Part shown: piece by piece, positions 1-12,694 of the stretch
Layout: each line of letters opens with the position of its first letter
Numbering within the stretch: the stretch's first letter is position 1
Assembly (NCBI RefSeq): GCF_036971445.1
Contig: NC_091472.1
Coordinates: forward strand, 239,940,001-240,004,000
Direction: 5' to 3'
Length of the DNA stretch: 64,000 nucleotides
DNA from: Narcine bancroftii
Taxonomy: Eukaryota
The notes under the pieces: generated by a model
Databases searched by the model: none
What the model was told of the DNA's origin: nothing
What the model saw: the letters and a program-made list of their open reading frames with translations, nothing else
Translations under genes and position numbers: made by a program

Positions 1-1036
1 GCACCAAAATTCTTACTTGCTGCAGTTGAACAGATAGTTTGTTTAAAAAAACTATAAAAAACAACTACAATGGTACATGCAATTCAACAGCATTCAGAAA
101 CAGCAATAAAATTAGTGAAACACAGAGAGAAATAAAATGGTGGGTTGCGAATAGATAAGAACTTAAAAATTGTGAGTCTGATATATGGAGAGAAGAAAAA
201 CACAAACATCAAAATGAAAGAGGCCCAAACTGAGTAATTTTTCTCAATACAACTGATATGTTGCTGAAGGGACCTGGCTCAAATGGAAGTGTTATGGTCA
301 ACCTCCAATTTTGAAATATCGCAAAATCAGCAGTAAAAGTTGTGAGTGTTGTTGTTATTGATGCCGTAGGATTTTTAAAAATCTTGATATTACTGAGACA
401 TTAACTTTATATGATGTGTCCATCTACTGGGGTGAGTGTAGGTCTGATATAAAAATGAAAACACAATGCTGGAGAAACTCATTGGTCTGATATTCATAAA
501 TGGTCTGATAGTAAAACGTAAAGACTGGTTGACCTGTGTGTGTGTGCGTGTGTATGTACAATATGTGTTGTGCTATTTATCCATCCTATGCTAATCCATT
601 AAAGGGCAAAAGCACATGCCAGAGAGGCCCTTTGACCCAGCACATTAATAACAAGTACTAGTAGGCAACGCAATATGGAATAGTTACTCAGACGTGGGGG
701 GAGATGAAAATGGGAAAGGACAGGATCATTCAGAGCATATTTATCATTATTATCCCTTGGGCTGGGAAGCAAGCAACTTACCACCCCAATTTTCACCCAC
801 AGATCATCTTATATTAGGACAGGAACTTCCAGGGACAGCACCACGAGTGCAGCTCCGACTGTGCCGACCTGTCCCCTTATTTCAGCCGCTGTAACTCCAT
901 CCGTGTGGAGAGTGACTGCTGGGTGCTGTATGAAAGGCCCAACTACATGGGGTACCAGTAGGTCCTGAGCAGGGGCGAGTATCCTGACTGCTAGCGCTGG
1001 ATGGGGTTTGATGACCACGTCAGTTCCTGTCGCACC

Positions 1037-2414
1037 ACTCCTTAGAAATGATGCCATTTAATCAAATTTAATCAAAGCTGAATATAGGACAAAATTAGTC
1101 CTATATTGCAATCAAATTGCAAGTAATTCTCTATTATATTTACATTGCATAAAGCCATAAAAATGAAAGACCCCAACAATGAAGACGCTGTTTACATCCG
1201 GTACCGCACGGATGGCAGTCTCTTCAATCTGAGGCGCCTGCAAGCTCACACCAAGACACAAGAGAAACTTGTCCGTGAACTACTCTTTGCAGACGATGCC
1301 GCTTTAGTTGCCCATTCAGAGCCAGCTCTTCAGCGCTTGACGTCCTGCTTTGCGGAAACTGCCAAAATGTTTGGCCTGGAAGTCAGCCTGAAGAAAACTG
1401 AGGTCCTCCATCAGCCAGCTCCCCACCATGACTACCAGCCCCCCCACATCTCCATCGGGCACACAAAACTCAAAACGTTCAACCAGTTTACCTATCTCGG
1501 CTGCACCATTTCATCAGATGCAAGGATCGACAATGAGATAGACAACAGACTCGCCAAGGCAAATAGCGCCTTTGGAAGACTACACAAAAGAGACTGGAAA
1601 AACAACCAACTGAAAAACCTCACAAAGATAAGCGTATACAGAGCCGTTGTCATACCCACACTCCTGTTCGGCTCCGAATCATGGGTCCTCTACCGGCACC
1701 ACCTACGGCTCCTAGAACGTTTCCACCAGCGTTGTCTCCGCTCCATCCTCAACATCCATTGGAGCGCTTACATCCCTAACGTCGAAGTACTCGAGATGGC
1801 AGAGGTCGACAGCATCGAGTCCACGCTGCTGAAGATCCAGCTGCGCTGGATGGGTCACGTCTCCAGAATGGAGGACCATCGCCTTCCCAAGATCGTGTTA
1901 TATGGCGAGCTCTCCACTGGCCACCGTGACAGAGGTGCACCAAAGAAAAGGTACAAGGACTGCCTAAAGAAATCTCTTGGTGCCTGCCACATTGACCACC
2001 GCCAGTGGGTTGATAACGCCTCAAACCGTGCATCTTGGCGCCTCACAGTTTGGCGGGCAGCAACCTCCTTTGAAGAAGACCGCAGAGCCCACCTCACTGA
2101 CAAAAGGCAAAGGAGGAAAAACCCAACACCCAACCCCAACCAACAAATTTTCCCCTGCAACCACTGCAATCGTGTCTGCCTGTCCCGCATCGGACTTGTC
2201 AGCCACAAACGAGCCTGCAGCTGACGTGGACTTTTTACCCCCTCCATAAATCTTCGTCCGCGAAGCCAAGCCAAAGAAAGAAAGAAACTCCTTAGAAATG
2301 ATGCCATTTAATCAAATTTAATCAAAGCTGAATATAGGACAAAATTAGTCCTATATTGCAATCAAATTGCAAGTAATTCTCTATTATATTTACATTGCAT
2401 AAAGCCATAAAAAT
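1037..2414. repeat. 128-bp perfect direct repeat (1037-1164 and 2287-2414), the target-site duplication of the RTE
   Basis: actccttagaaatg...aaagccataaaaat is identical base for base at offset 1250. Confidence 0.95.
1165..2286 (+). mobile_element. 5'-truncated RTE-clade LINE (RT C-terminal half), very young
   Basis: Open frame to stop 2224 with YIRYRTDGSLFNLRRL, LLFADD (RT motif), FTYLG, QLRWMGHV and a C-terminal CX2CX12HX3C. Short 3' UTR ends gccaagccaaagaaagaaagaa. Flanked by identical 128-bp direct repeats. Confidence 0.95.
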
Positions 2415-2534
2415 AGAGGAGCTAAGTTCCCATGTGATTTTTTTTCAATTATTTATTATCTTTCTAGCAATTTATAGAAAGGTTAAAGATTGCAATCTGA
2501 TTTGGATTTTTCTCCCATCTTTTCATTTCCCATC

Positions 2535-2915
2535 ACAAGATATCAGATTTATTGTCAATGTACATACATGACATCACATACAGCCCTGAGATTCCTTTTC
2601 CTGAGAGCACGTCAGAATTACCACTAATTGGGAGTGAAAAAAGTAAACTGTACACAGCGTAAAGTATGTAAGCGAAAAAAGACCTGTAAACAAACTGACT
2701 GTGCAATACAGAGATAATTATTTTAAAAAGATCAATACAATGCACAAGTAAGAGTCCTTAAGTAATCCTCTGATTGAGTTTGTTGTTGAGGAGTCTGGTG
2801 GTGGAGGGGGAGCAGCTGTTCCTGAGCCTGGTGGTGTGAGTCTTGTGGCACCTAAACCTCTTTCCTGATGGCAGCAGTGAGAACAGAGCATGTGTTGGTG
2901 GAGAGGGTCTTTGAG
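2535..2915 (-). mobile_element. LINE 3' fragment (L2/Rex-like)
   Basis: atttattgtc...cagctgttcctgagcctggtgg, a LINE 3'-end pattern that recurs elsewhere in the window (e.g. ~28960-29150). Confidence 0.5.
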
Positions 2916-3954
2916 TTCCACAACTTGTTCTATTCAACTCTACTAGTATTTACTGAATACTAAATTAGTAAATACCCCATACCTCAACTCAGTAAAAACA
3001 CAGAGTGTCTCATTGGTTTGACTCTTTCGTAGTAAACCAGCTACCTTTAGCTGTTCTATTGTAGGTGATCAAGGTTCACTCATCTGATGCTGGCAGAGCC
3101 CAAGTTTAATGCCCACCCCCAAATGATGTTGATACACCATGATGAAATTCCCTCTGTCGACAATCGTTTCCGTTACTGTGACATTCACTCCTGCTGGGTT
3201 ACTTCTTTGAACAGCCCAGCTACAGAGGCCGTCAGTACTTCTGGAGACCTGATGAATACAGGAGATGCAGTGACTGGGGTGGCTACAACTCCACCATCAG
3301 ATCCTTCAGTGCACAAGGCACTAATAGTTGGTCTTTGAGCAACTTATGTTTGATTTGCTAGTATCATTCTTAGTAGAATCAAATACTGTTATTGAAATTA
3401 ATTTGTTTTTTTTTCCACGATTTTTTGAATTGTTTACAGAATATTGTAGCAAATTTCTAATTCATTGATGCGGACTAATTAATTTCAATTGTAGAAACAA
3501 AGAATACCTTGATTCTTTCTGATACTTTAATTGGTATAGCAAATTAATATCAACGTGTGGTAGAAAAACAGAATTATTGTACTTACAAGCAGGTCAAACA
3601 CCAGCTGGAACTTCACAGGCATATTGAGTGACACTATATTGAATGACCAAGCTTTAATTGAGATATACAAAATTGAGTTGGTTCCCAATAATTCAATAAA
3701 GACTCTGTACTCTTCATCCATAAGAAATAAAAAAAAATATTTTGCTTGAAGTTGATCATTGGCAGGTGCTAAACACATTATACTACAATAACAAGCACAA
3801 TGTTTGCAAAACTCAGTTCTATTGGTGTCAATAGATTGATCTTCAGAGGTAGTGCACTACCAGTCCTGTGTTGTTCACTGAGCATCATTGACTGGTTTCT
3901 AGCCTTGTATATGTCTCATCACTTGAATTCTGTGAAAGGAGGTAGAAGAAAAAG

Positions 3955-3957
<3 letters not shown>

Positions 3958-4005
<48 letters not shown>
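3958..4005. repeat. (GA)n microsatellite
   Basis: About 24 uninterrupted GA units. Confidence 0.95.
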
Positions 4006-4007
<2 letters not shown>

Positions 4008-4749
4008 GTAGGATAGGCAAAGGGGGAAGAAGAAGGGGGCAGGGTTTAATGGAAACTGGAGAAGTCAATGTTAATGCCAACCGGTTGGACGGTGCCCAGA
4101 TAGAAGATGAGGTGTTGTTCCTCCAATTTGCAGATGCCCTCAGTCTAACAGTGCATTGGTCCATGGAAAGACAAGACAGCAAGGGAATGGGACGGGAAAT
4201 TGAAATGGGTGGCCAATAAGATCTTCACTTTACTGTGGCAGACAGAGGCGAGATGCTTCAATCTAGCAGTTTAAAATTTATGGAGTAAGATTTGAACCTA
4301 CAACCTTCCAACATCAAAGCAAGCAAACCTACCCTCTGAGCCGTGCTGGCATGTCTGATCAAATTTCTGGAGTAAGACTTAAATTAATTCTCACCTTTCC
4401 TCTTATCATATACATTTTATGTTTCTGGCTGTTGTCAAGTCAAGTTTATTGCCATTTGATTGTGCAAGTATAACCCGATGAAATAGCGTTCTCCAGTCCT
4501 CAGTGCAAAACATGCAGACACACAACCAGACATAACACACATACAGACAAATAATATATATGCAGGACAAGTATTTCATCTGTACAAGTAAATAAATTGA
4601 TAGATAATGTTTTGTATATAATAGGGTCTCAGATGGTGTTATGAACTATGACTGGAGAGTGGCTATAACTTTAAGGAATGGATTTCTTCTGCAGCTTTCT
4701 GTTTCACAGATTGTGCTAACTGGCCAAGATCGGGTTACATAGATAAGGA

Positions 4750-5185
4750 GTCTCTTAAATGTCCCCAGTGTTTCAGCCTCCACTAACACCCCTGGTAAGG
4801 CATTCAAGACACCCACACTCTCTGCATTAAAAACTTACCACTGATGTCTCTCTCTCTCTTCAATTTGTAATCATGACCTCTGGTGTTTGTTATTCCTGCA
4901 CTAGGAAACAGGCACTAGCTGTCCACCCTATCGATGCCTCTTATAATCTTGTAGACCTCTGTTAAGTCTCCTTTCATCCTTCTACGCTCCAAAGAAAAAA
5001 GTCCCAGCTCTGCTAACCTTGCCTAAATCTCCTCTGCACCCTCTCCATTGCTTCCTGTAATGAGGTGACCAGAATTGAACACAATACTCTGAGTGTGGTC
5101 TTCCCAGAGATTGGCAGAGTTGCAGCATGGCCTCTCTGCACTTGAACTCAATCCCTCTATTAATGAAGCCCAGCATCCCATAGAG
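4750..5185 (-). mobile_element. CR1 LINE 3' fragment
   Basis: Minus-strand peptide LGFINRGIEFK...[17 protein letters not shown], typical of the CR1 ORF2 C-terminus. Confidence 0.8.
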
Positions 5186-5400
5186 AATGGGTCCTTCAGG
5201 CCCATGAGCCCACACCACCCAATAGATGATGTGAACAATGAACCTACTAACCCTATACGTCTTTGGAATGTGGAGTGAGCACCCAGAGGAAACTAACGCA
5301 AAAATGTGGAGAATGTGCAAACCCCTTATAACTTGGCCGGATTCAAACCCAGGTCGCTGGCACTGCAATAGCATCGCGCTAACCATTACACTGACCTTGT
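5186..5400 (-). mobile_element. tRNA-derived SINE
   Basis: The minus strand has a B-box-like GGTTTGAATCC after cagtgccagcgacctg. Related copies at ~11940-12135, 20575-20780, 24630-24875 and 50570-50750. Confidence 0.7.
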
Positions 5401-5924
5401 TGCCTGTTATGTCTCTGGAGTTACTCTTAATAACTTAGAGGTGCAAAATTCAAATAATAGAATTTACCTACTGATGTCTTCCACCATCTCAGGAAACTGT
5501 TCACACACACTCATTTACATATACATATGCTCCACAGGGATGCACTACAGTTACTATAGTGAGAAGGATGTATTCTTATGTGATTACAAAATTGTTTACA
5601 TTATCCTGATATATAACACTGCCCAAAGAGGGTAGATAGATTCTCAGCACAATGAGAATCAGCCATCATCATATTGAACAGTAAATCAGGTGCAAAGGGG
5701 AAAATGGCCTGTTCCTACATCCACTTTTTAATGTCTCTATAACCATACAATATTAATCATTACCTGAAAACAATAAAAATGCTCCAGATGCTGGAAATAT
5801 GAAATAAAATAGAGAATGCTGGAAAAGAGGCCAGGCTGAAGGGTGGATAGAGAAGCACTCAATATTTTGGGCCTGCGACCCTTCTCTGTTCGCATTCCTT
5901 CAAAAATATCAATTCCAATTGGAA

Positions 5925-7060
5925 GGAGGCAATCTTCAAGGTAAGAGCCATGTATATCAAGAAACATGCTAGCATGGGTAGAGCATTGGCTGATTGACAG
6001 GAAGCAGAGAGTTGGAGAACAAGGGTCATATTCTGGATGGCTGCCATTTGCCAGTGATGTTCCACAGGGGTTAATGTTGAGGTCACTTCTTTTTATGTTG
6101 TATATTAATGATTTGGATTATGGAATGAATGGCTTTGTCGCCAAGTTTTTAGATGATATGAAGATAGGATGAGGAGCAGTTAGCATTGAGGAATCTGAGG
6201 TTGCAGGACAGGCAGATTAGGAAAATGGGCAGGGAAGTGGCAAATGAAAGACCATTGGAAAGTGTTCAATCATGCACTTTGGTAGAAAAAAATAAATGGG
6301 CAGATTATTTTCTAAATGGGAAAACAAATTGAAAATACTCAGATGTAAAGGGACCTGGGTGTCCTTGTTCAGGATAACCTAAAGGTAAACTTGCAGGTTG
6401 AGTTGGTGATGAAAAAGGCAAATGTAATGCTGGGATTCATTTCAAGAGGAATAGAACACTAGAGCAGGGATGTGATATTGATGCTTTTTAAGACACTGGT
6501 GAGACCTCATTTGGAATATTATAAACAGTTTTGGGGTCCTCATTTAAGAAAGGATGTGCTGACATTGGAGAGAGTTAAGAGGAGATTCATAAGGATGATT
6601 CCAGGAATGAAAGGGTTATCATATGAGGAAAGTTTGACAGCTCTTGGCCTATATTTATTGGAATTTAGGAGAAGGAGGGGGGGATTCCATTGAAACATTT
6701 TGAATGTTGAAAAATATGGACAGAGTAGATGTAGAAAGGTTGTTTCCCATGGTAGTAGGGTCGAGGTCAAGAGGGCACAACTTCAGGATTTAAGGCCATC
6801 CGCTTTTAGAGATGTGGGAGAATTTATTTTGCCAATGGGTGACAAATCTGTGGAATTTGTTCCCACAGGCAATTGTGAAGGTTAAGTCATTGGGCATATT
6901 TAAGGCAGAGATTGATAGGTTCTAGATTAGCCAGGGCATTTTATGGGGAGAATGCCAAGCGGTGGGGCTGAATGGGAAAATAGATAAGCTCATGATTAAA
7001 TAGCGGGGTAGAATCAATGTGCTGAATAACCAATTTCTGCTCCTATGTCTTGAGGTCTAA
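5925..7060 (+). mobile_element. CR1 LINE ORF2 3' fragment (decayed)
   Basis: SDVPQG, YINDLD, AKFLDD, LVRPHLEY and LERVKRRFIRMIPG peptides with frameshifts. CR1-type 3' end tctgctcctatgtcttgaggtc. Confidence 0.85.
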
Positions 7061-8800
7061 ATGCTTGTCAAGCAATCTTGCTACCAGAACTCGTTAAAAC
7101 TATGAAATGAATGAAGACAGAACAGAAATGTTATGTCAAATCATAGCAATCCCACAGAAACTGAATGAACAGAGATCTCCTGGACTGAGGCCAGTGTGAA
7201 TGATGTGCTATACTTGAGCTCTTCTAGTGCAAGTCAGTAAATTGGTGCCTCTCATGATCTCCAAGACAGTAAAGCACTGTGACTGAGACAGACTAAGATG
7301 ACACAGGACATACCCTTATTTCCCATGAAGCAATGTCTTCAGGCCAATGTGGTTGAAGGCTTACCCTCAATTCCTAGAGGGAAGGTAGACAACCCTGTGG
7401 GATGGTGACCATGGTGGCATACCAGTGAGGGGCCTGGGTACTGAAGGCTTCCTAATCGTGTCAGATGTTTGGAACTGGTACTCCGTTTGCCAATAGTTTG
7501 GACTGAATGCTGAGGCTGCAAGACTACGGGAGCACTGGAAGTATATTCACTGTCACTCAGTGACTCTGAAGAGACTCTCTTTTGCTTCTCTTTCTCTGAC
7601 TGTAAGGGGTGCCAATCAATTTCTGCCTTAATACAGACTAAAGGTAATTTTGTGTAATGTTACATCTGTTTTATTTCATGATGAAAGAATCTTGAATCTT
7701 ATTTGTGATAACGTTGATGAGTTTATTGTCATACACATTGTACAATATGCACAGATATTCTTACTGCAACCGAACTGGTATTTCATACAGGAAAGAAAAA
7801 CTGCAATGGTATACATTAAATTAAATTTTAAAAGATAATAAATGCAAAAGAGAGATAATCACAGCTACTATAGTGCAAGAAAACAGTGGAATTGCATTTG
7901 AGCAGAGAGTGCTTTTTGTGGTGTCGGAGTGGTCCATGATTAGTGTGACGAGATTGGTGTGACCTCACTTGGTTTATTAGTTTCATTCCCTCTCCTTCCT
8001 GGTATTCATTTTATTGATTCCAGTTTGAAAATAAAACAATGTTTAAGGAATATATTGAGTGTTTGCAATTGAATTAATTGGCAACTAGAAGTCACAAATT
8101 GAAAGTCTTTGAGAGGCATTTTTGGAGCTCTCTTGATTCTTATATTTAATCCCTGGGAGTGCATTTACTTGGCTAAAAATTAATAGAAATAAAATTTTAC
8201 AATATTTTGGGCATTTCCATAGGTCCAGCCAAAGGTTCCATATTTCCTTTTGACACAGAAGGAGGCCATTGGCCTATCGAGTCCATTCTAGCTCACAGAA
8301 CATTCTCAACAATACTGTTCCCTACTATTCTCCCTGTACATGATTATCTCTCACAAATCTTTCAACTCTCTCATGATTCTTCTGCTTTTCACAAACACTT
8401 GGGGAAGTTTACCGGGGTTCACCAACCTACCAATCTGCACTTCTTTGGAACGTTGGGGGTTAATTGCAACAACCAGAGTAAACCAACACGGTCACAGGAA
8501 GAACATACCACTTCCACACGGACAGCACTGAGGACATGACCAAATCCGACTGCTGTATTTTAAGAGAGAACTGAATAATCTCTGAAAGATTCTGGAAAAG
8601 GACAGAAGTTCCAATGAAATTTGCAAAATGACCAAATTTTTACAGCAAGACGATCCAGGTTACATTGATATAAAATGGAAAATGTAAAGGTTAAATGTAA
8701 AGGTTAAATGAAAAGATTTGATGACTCTTCTTTTAAATGTGTGCACTGGTGTTAGTTTTGCAATGCAATGTGAGATTTTTCTTTGTACTCTTTCCTGGTG

Positions 8801-8870
8801 ATTTGCTGTCCTGAACCATCAGCATTATGAACCATTCTTTGTGTGGAGCTTTCAGTCCAATATATAAATA
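8801..8870 (+). promoter_or_regulatory. crystallin promoter: TATA box (TATATAAATA 8861-8870) and Maf half-site-like TGCTG/TCAGCA (8804-8824)
   Basis: The TATA box lies ~60 nt upstream of the ATG, the same spacing as in the paralogues. Confidence 0.65.
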
Positions 8871-8925
8871 CCATGCTGCAGCAAGTGGGGGCATATCAGT
8901 CAGACATTCCCAAACGAAACACAAG

Positions 8926-9933
8926 ATGGGAAAGGTAAGGCTTGCAAATTCAATTTGTGCCACATATTTTGGTTGTTCTACAGTGCAGAAATACTCTGGG
9001 GTGATAAATAATTGATTTATCCCATCGTCTATCCACAGATTATCTTCTACGAGGACAGGAACTTCCAGGGCCGGCACTACGAGTGCAACTCTGACTGTCC
9101 TGATCTGTCCCCTTACTTCAGCCGCTGTAACTCCATCCGTGTGGAGAGTGACTGGTGGGTGCTGTACGAGAGGCCCAACTACATGGGATACCAGTATGTC
9201 CTGAGCAGGGGAGAGTATCCTGACTACCAGCACTGGATAGGGTTCAATGACTGCGTCAGGTCCTGCCGCAGCTTCCCACAGGTGAGTTTCAATTAGTTTC
9301 ACCAGGGGATTTGGACTTTTGTATTCTGTGAACATTGTAGCTCCACTGAGGGAGAAGTTGTCAGCGAGTCCAGAATGGGTGTAAAATTCAGGATGTCTCA
9401 GGTCCTCATATCTTCTCCTATGTGACAACAACCCTGATTTGTTTCTAATACAGCAGCAGTGCTTGTTGGAAGTTTATTTGAGCTGGGTAATCAGTGAAAG
9501 GAGGAAATTGTATCTTATTTTATTTCCCATTGAAGTCAGAGAATTGGTGATCAGATTCCATGTATGATGAGTGAATAATCCACACCATCCATTCCTCCCA
9601 TTGGAAGTTAAACTCTCTTAAAATTATCAAGGGTAAAGCTGCCTTTTTCTATTCCAGTACCGAGGGGGCTCCTACAGGATGAGGATTTATGAGAGGCCTG
9701 ACTTTGGAGGACAGATGATGGAATTCATGGATGACTGTCCCTCCGTCTACGATTGTTTCCATTACCGTGACATCCACTCCTGCCAGGTGATGGATGGTTA
9801 CTGGATCTTCTATGAACGGCCCAACTACAGAGGCCGTCAGTACTTCCTGAAACCTGGTGAATACAGGAGATACAGTGACTGGGGCGGCTACAACTCCACC
9901 ATTGGGTCCTTCAGGCACATGAGGGACTTCTAG
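8926..9933 (+). CDS. cryg: gamma-crystallin (shark gamma-S1-like), 175 aa; exons 8926-8934, 9039-9281, 9658-9933
   Basis: MGK|[16 protein letters not shown]...RSCRSFPQ|[23 protein letters not shown]...[10 protein letters not shown]. Four Greek-key motifs, GT-AG introns in phase 0, AATAAA at 9964 and 9984. Confidence 0.95.
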
Positions 9934-10659
9934 GCTGCGACTGTGCAAGATCATGTTGTCTGGAATAAATTTTGATGAACACAAATAAAATGTTCTTTAT
10001 TGAACTATCAATTTGGTGATTGTCTTTTCATGAAACTGTTCAATCTCTTCTCATACAAAATGCTTCACCATACTTCAGCAATTCTTAAAACTGGCAGTTT
10101 AAAAGAAACTGGGTACTGGTGGATAAGGGTTAGTAATCCAAGACTCAGTCCCACAGCCATGTGTCCTTCCTGGCTACTTATCTCTGTTGCCATCTTGAAG
10201 CCACAAGGGTTTCTAGCTCAATTTCCAGGCCACCCAGCTTGACCCCACAAGGATCTCAAGTATCCAAACTTAACTGGGGTGATAACCTGACCTTCTAGCA
10301 TGCTTTGGGCATAACAGAACCTGACTCAAAACTCAGAGGAACAAGCCCAATCCTTGGTCAGGTAAATCGATGGTTGATATTTCAATATCTCCTTCATGAT
10401 GTGATCATTTAGCTAATCCCAAACTAAAAGCTGGATCAGGTCTAATAAGGCCAACTTGCCAAATGGCCCAATAAATCAAGGCATGGCGTACAAGAACAAT
10501 GATGAGCATTTATAAAACATTGGCTTGGCCACAAATGAAACATCATATCCTATCCTGACTGCCATAGTGCAGAAAAGATGTAAAGGAATTACAGGCTGGA
10601 AAGATTTACAAGATCATTCTAGAAATAAGGGTAATTAAGTGACAGAGGCGACCATTCAG

Positions 10660-11915
10660 CCCCCAGACCTATAAACAATTCAATACAATCATGGCTGATC
10701 ATGTGATACTATTACTGCTTTCTCTCCCTTTAGCCAACAGGGCCAACATTCTCTTGAATATATCTAATGACTGGCCTCAACAACATTCTATGGCAGAAGT
10801 TCTACAAGTTCACAATTCTCAGAGGGAAGAGGTTTCTCCTCAGTGCAGTCCTAAATTACTTCCTTTGCTACTTTTCCTTAGAGTGTGGCTCTTGTTCTGG
10901 ACTTCCCCAATACCAGAAACATTCTTCCTGCATCTAACCTGTATAGTCCTGTCAGAATTTTATTTGTCTCAATGAGATCCCCCTCTCATTCTTCTAAATT
11001 CCAATGAGTGTAACCCTGGTCTATCAGTCTTTCTTCATACATCAATCCTGCCTTCCCAGGAACCAGTCTGGTGAATCATCAATGCACTCTATCAATGACA
11101 AGAATGCACTTCCTGAGATAATGAGACTCAATATTCAAGGTCCATTATGGATGCAGTAAAACCTCACTGCTTCTATGCTCAATACCTCTCACATTTAAGG
11201 CCAACATGCCATTTACTTACTTCACCATCTGATACATCTGCATTCCAACCTTCATGGCTGATTCTCTATGATGCCCAGATTTCATTGCACCTTGCCTTTT
11301 CCCTAATTTGTCAATATTCAGATAACAATTTGCTTTCTCATTATTGGCACCAAAGTGGATCACCACACATGCATTATGCTGTATCTGTCATACGTTTTCC
11401 CTCTATCCTAATCTGTCCAAGTTAACCTGCAGCCTCTTGGAACTTTCCTCACAGCTAACACTGCCTCCCAGTTCAGTGTCATCTGCAAAATTAGAAATTG
11501 CATTCATTCCTTCATCTCAATCATTAATATATAATGTAAATAGCTGGGGTTCCAGCACTGAACATTGTGGTGCCTCATTAGTAACTGCCTGCCAATCTGA
11601 AAAGGACTCATTTATTACCATTCTCTGCTTCCTGTCTACCAACCAGATTTCTATCCACGTCAGTACATTACCTCAGAATTTTGCACACTCATCTCCTGTG
11701 TGGACCTTATCAAAAGCCTTCTGAAAGTTCAAATACACCACATCAACTACTTCACTGCTGTCCACTCTACTGATTACATCCTTAAAATATTCTCAAAGAT
11801 TTGGCCAACATAATTTTCATTTCATAAATACACGCTGATGCGGACTGATCCTGTCCGTCCTCTCCAAAGGCATTGCCACCTTTAAAAATTGATTCCAGTA
11901 TTTTCCCACACCTGC
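10660..11915 (-). mobile_element. CR1 LINE fragment (decayed)
   Basis: Reverse complement of CR1 RT segments (cagtgtcatctgcaaa = FADDT; accttatcaaaagccttctgaaag = FQKAFDKV). Confidence 0.75.
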
Positions 11916-12694
11916 TCATTGATCCGTAATTCTGATTTTAATTTTTTTTTTAAATTTAGAAATACAGCACAGTAGCAGGCCATTTCGGCCCATAAGCCCA
12001 TGCTGCCAATTTACACCTAATAACCTACACCCCTGGTACGTTTTGAACAGTGGAAGGAAACTGGAGCCTCCGGGAAAACCCACACAGACATGGGGAGAAC
12101 GTACAAACTCCTTACAGACAGTACGGGATTCGAACCCCTCTTTTTCTCTCCCTCCTTTCTTAAAAAAATGCTGACACATTATCTACCCTCCAAACCAAAT
12201 TAACTGATCCAGTGTGTCCTAAACATCAGTATGATGTGCAGGTGCAATGAGATCATGTGAACCAATTGTTTTCTCTCCATACACTTTCATCTCTATAGCC
12301 AACAGGGCCAGATCCAACTGCTTACTGCAGCTACACAGATATGTAAAACACATTAACAAACCATAAATATAAAATAAATGAATACAATGCACAACAAGAG
12401 ATTTAAAAGATAATAAATATAAAATGATAAATCAATGAATATTCAGAGTGCAAAATATATGCTGTTGCAACTGTGCAGATGGATATTTGGTAGTCCTGAA
12501 GTAGTGTTAAGGTTAGGGTAGTATAGGAAGGTTTAAGTGCTTAATAAAATCTGTTCTTATTAATGAATGAGGACTGACAGCTTAATTTTCTGGCCTTCCA
12601 TTGCTACAGACATGATAGAATGGGGGTAGGGAGGTGGGTATGGGGTGGGGGGGAGAATGTGGGGGATTAAAGGGAAGAAGGGGCAATGTTCATT

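Larger units (their letters stand above)
710..3325 (+). pseudogene. gamma-crystallin pseudogene (psi1)
   Basis: Exon 1 ATGGGAAAG at 710-718 is followed by GA instead of GT/GC. Exon 2 (803-~1045, after ccacag) is crystallin-like but has in-frame TAG at 815, 959 and 992 and no donor. A degenerate exon-3 remnant with deletions lies at ~3120-3325 (gtcgacaatcgtttccgttactgtgacattcactcctgc...ggctacaactccaccatc). An RTE is inserted in intron 2. Confidence 0.9.

Noticed and set aside
1145-2224. 359-aa RT ORF as a domesticated gene or a prokaryotic retron/DGR-like RT beside repeated crystallin exons
   Set aside because: It is a 5'-truncated RTE with tail and TSD, and its start codon comes from host flank. 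Crystallin paralogue differences are not adenine-specific as DGR mutagenesis would give.
3800-4219. ER/LS-repeat ORFs (also 42989-43460)
   Set aside because: Products of (GA)n/(CT)n microsatellites.
5330-5400. tRNA-like A/B boxes (several sites)
   Set aside because: Degenerate SINE heads attached to SINE bodies; no cloverleaf could be built.
8733-9431. 232-aa minus-strand ORF and similar antisense ORFs over every crystallin exon (e.g. 19761-20150, 36889-37209, 53522-53977)
   Set aside because: Antisense shadows of the crystallin codons. Similarity between them ends at exon boundaries, and there are no independent gene signals.
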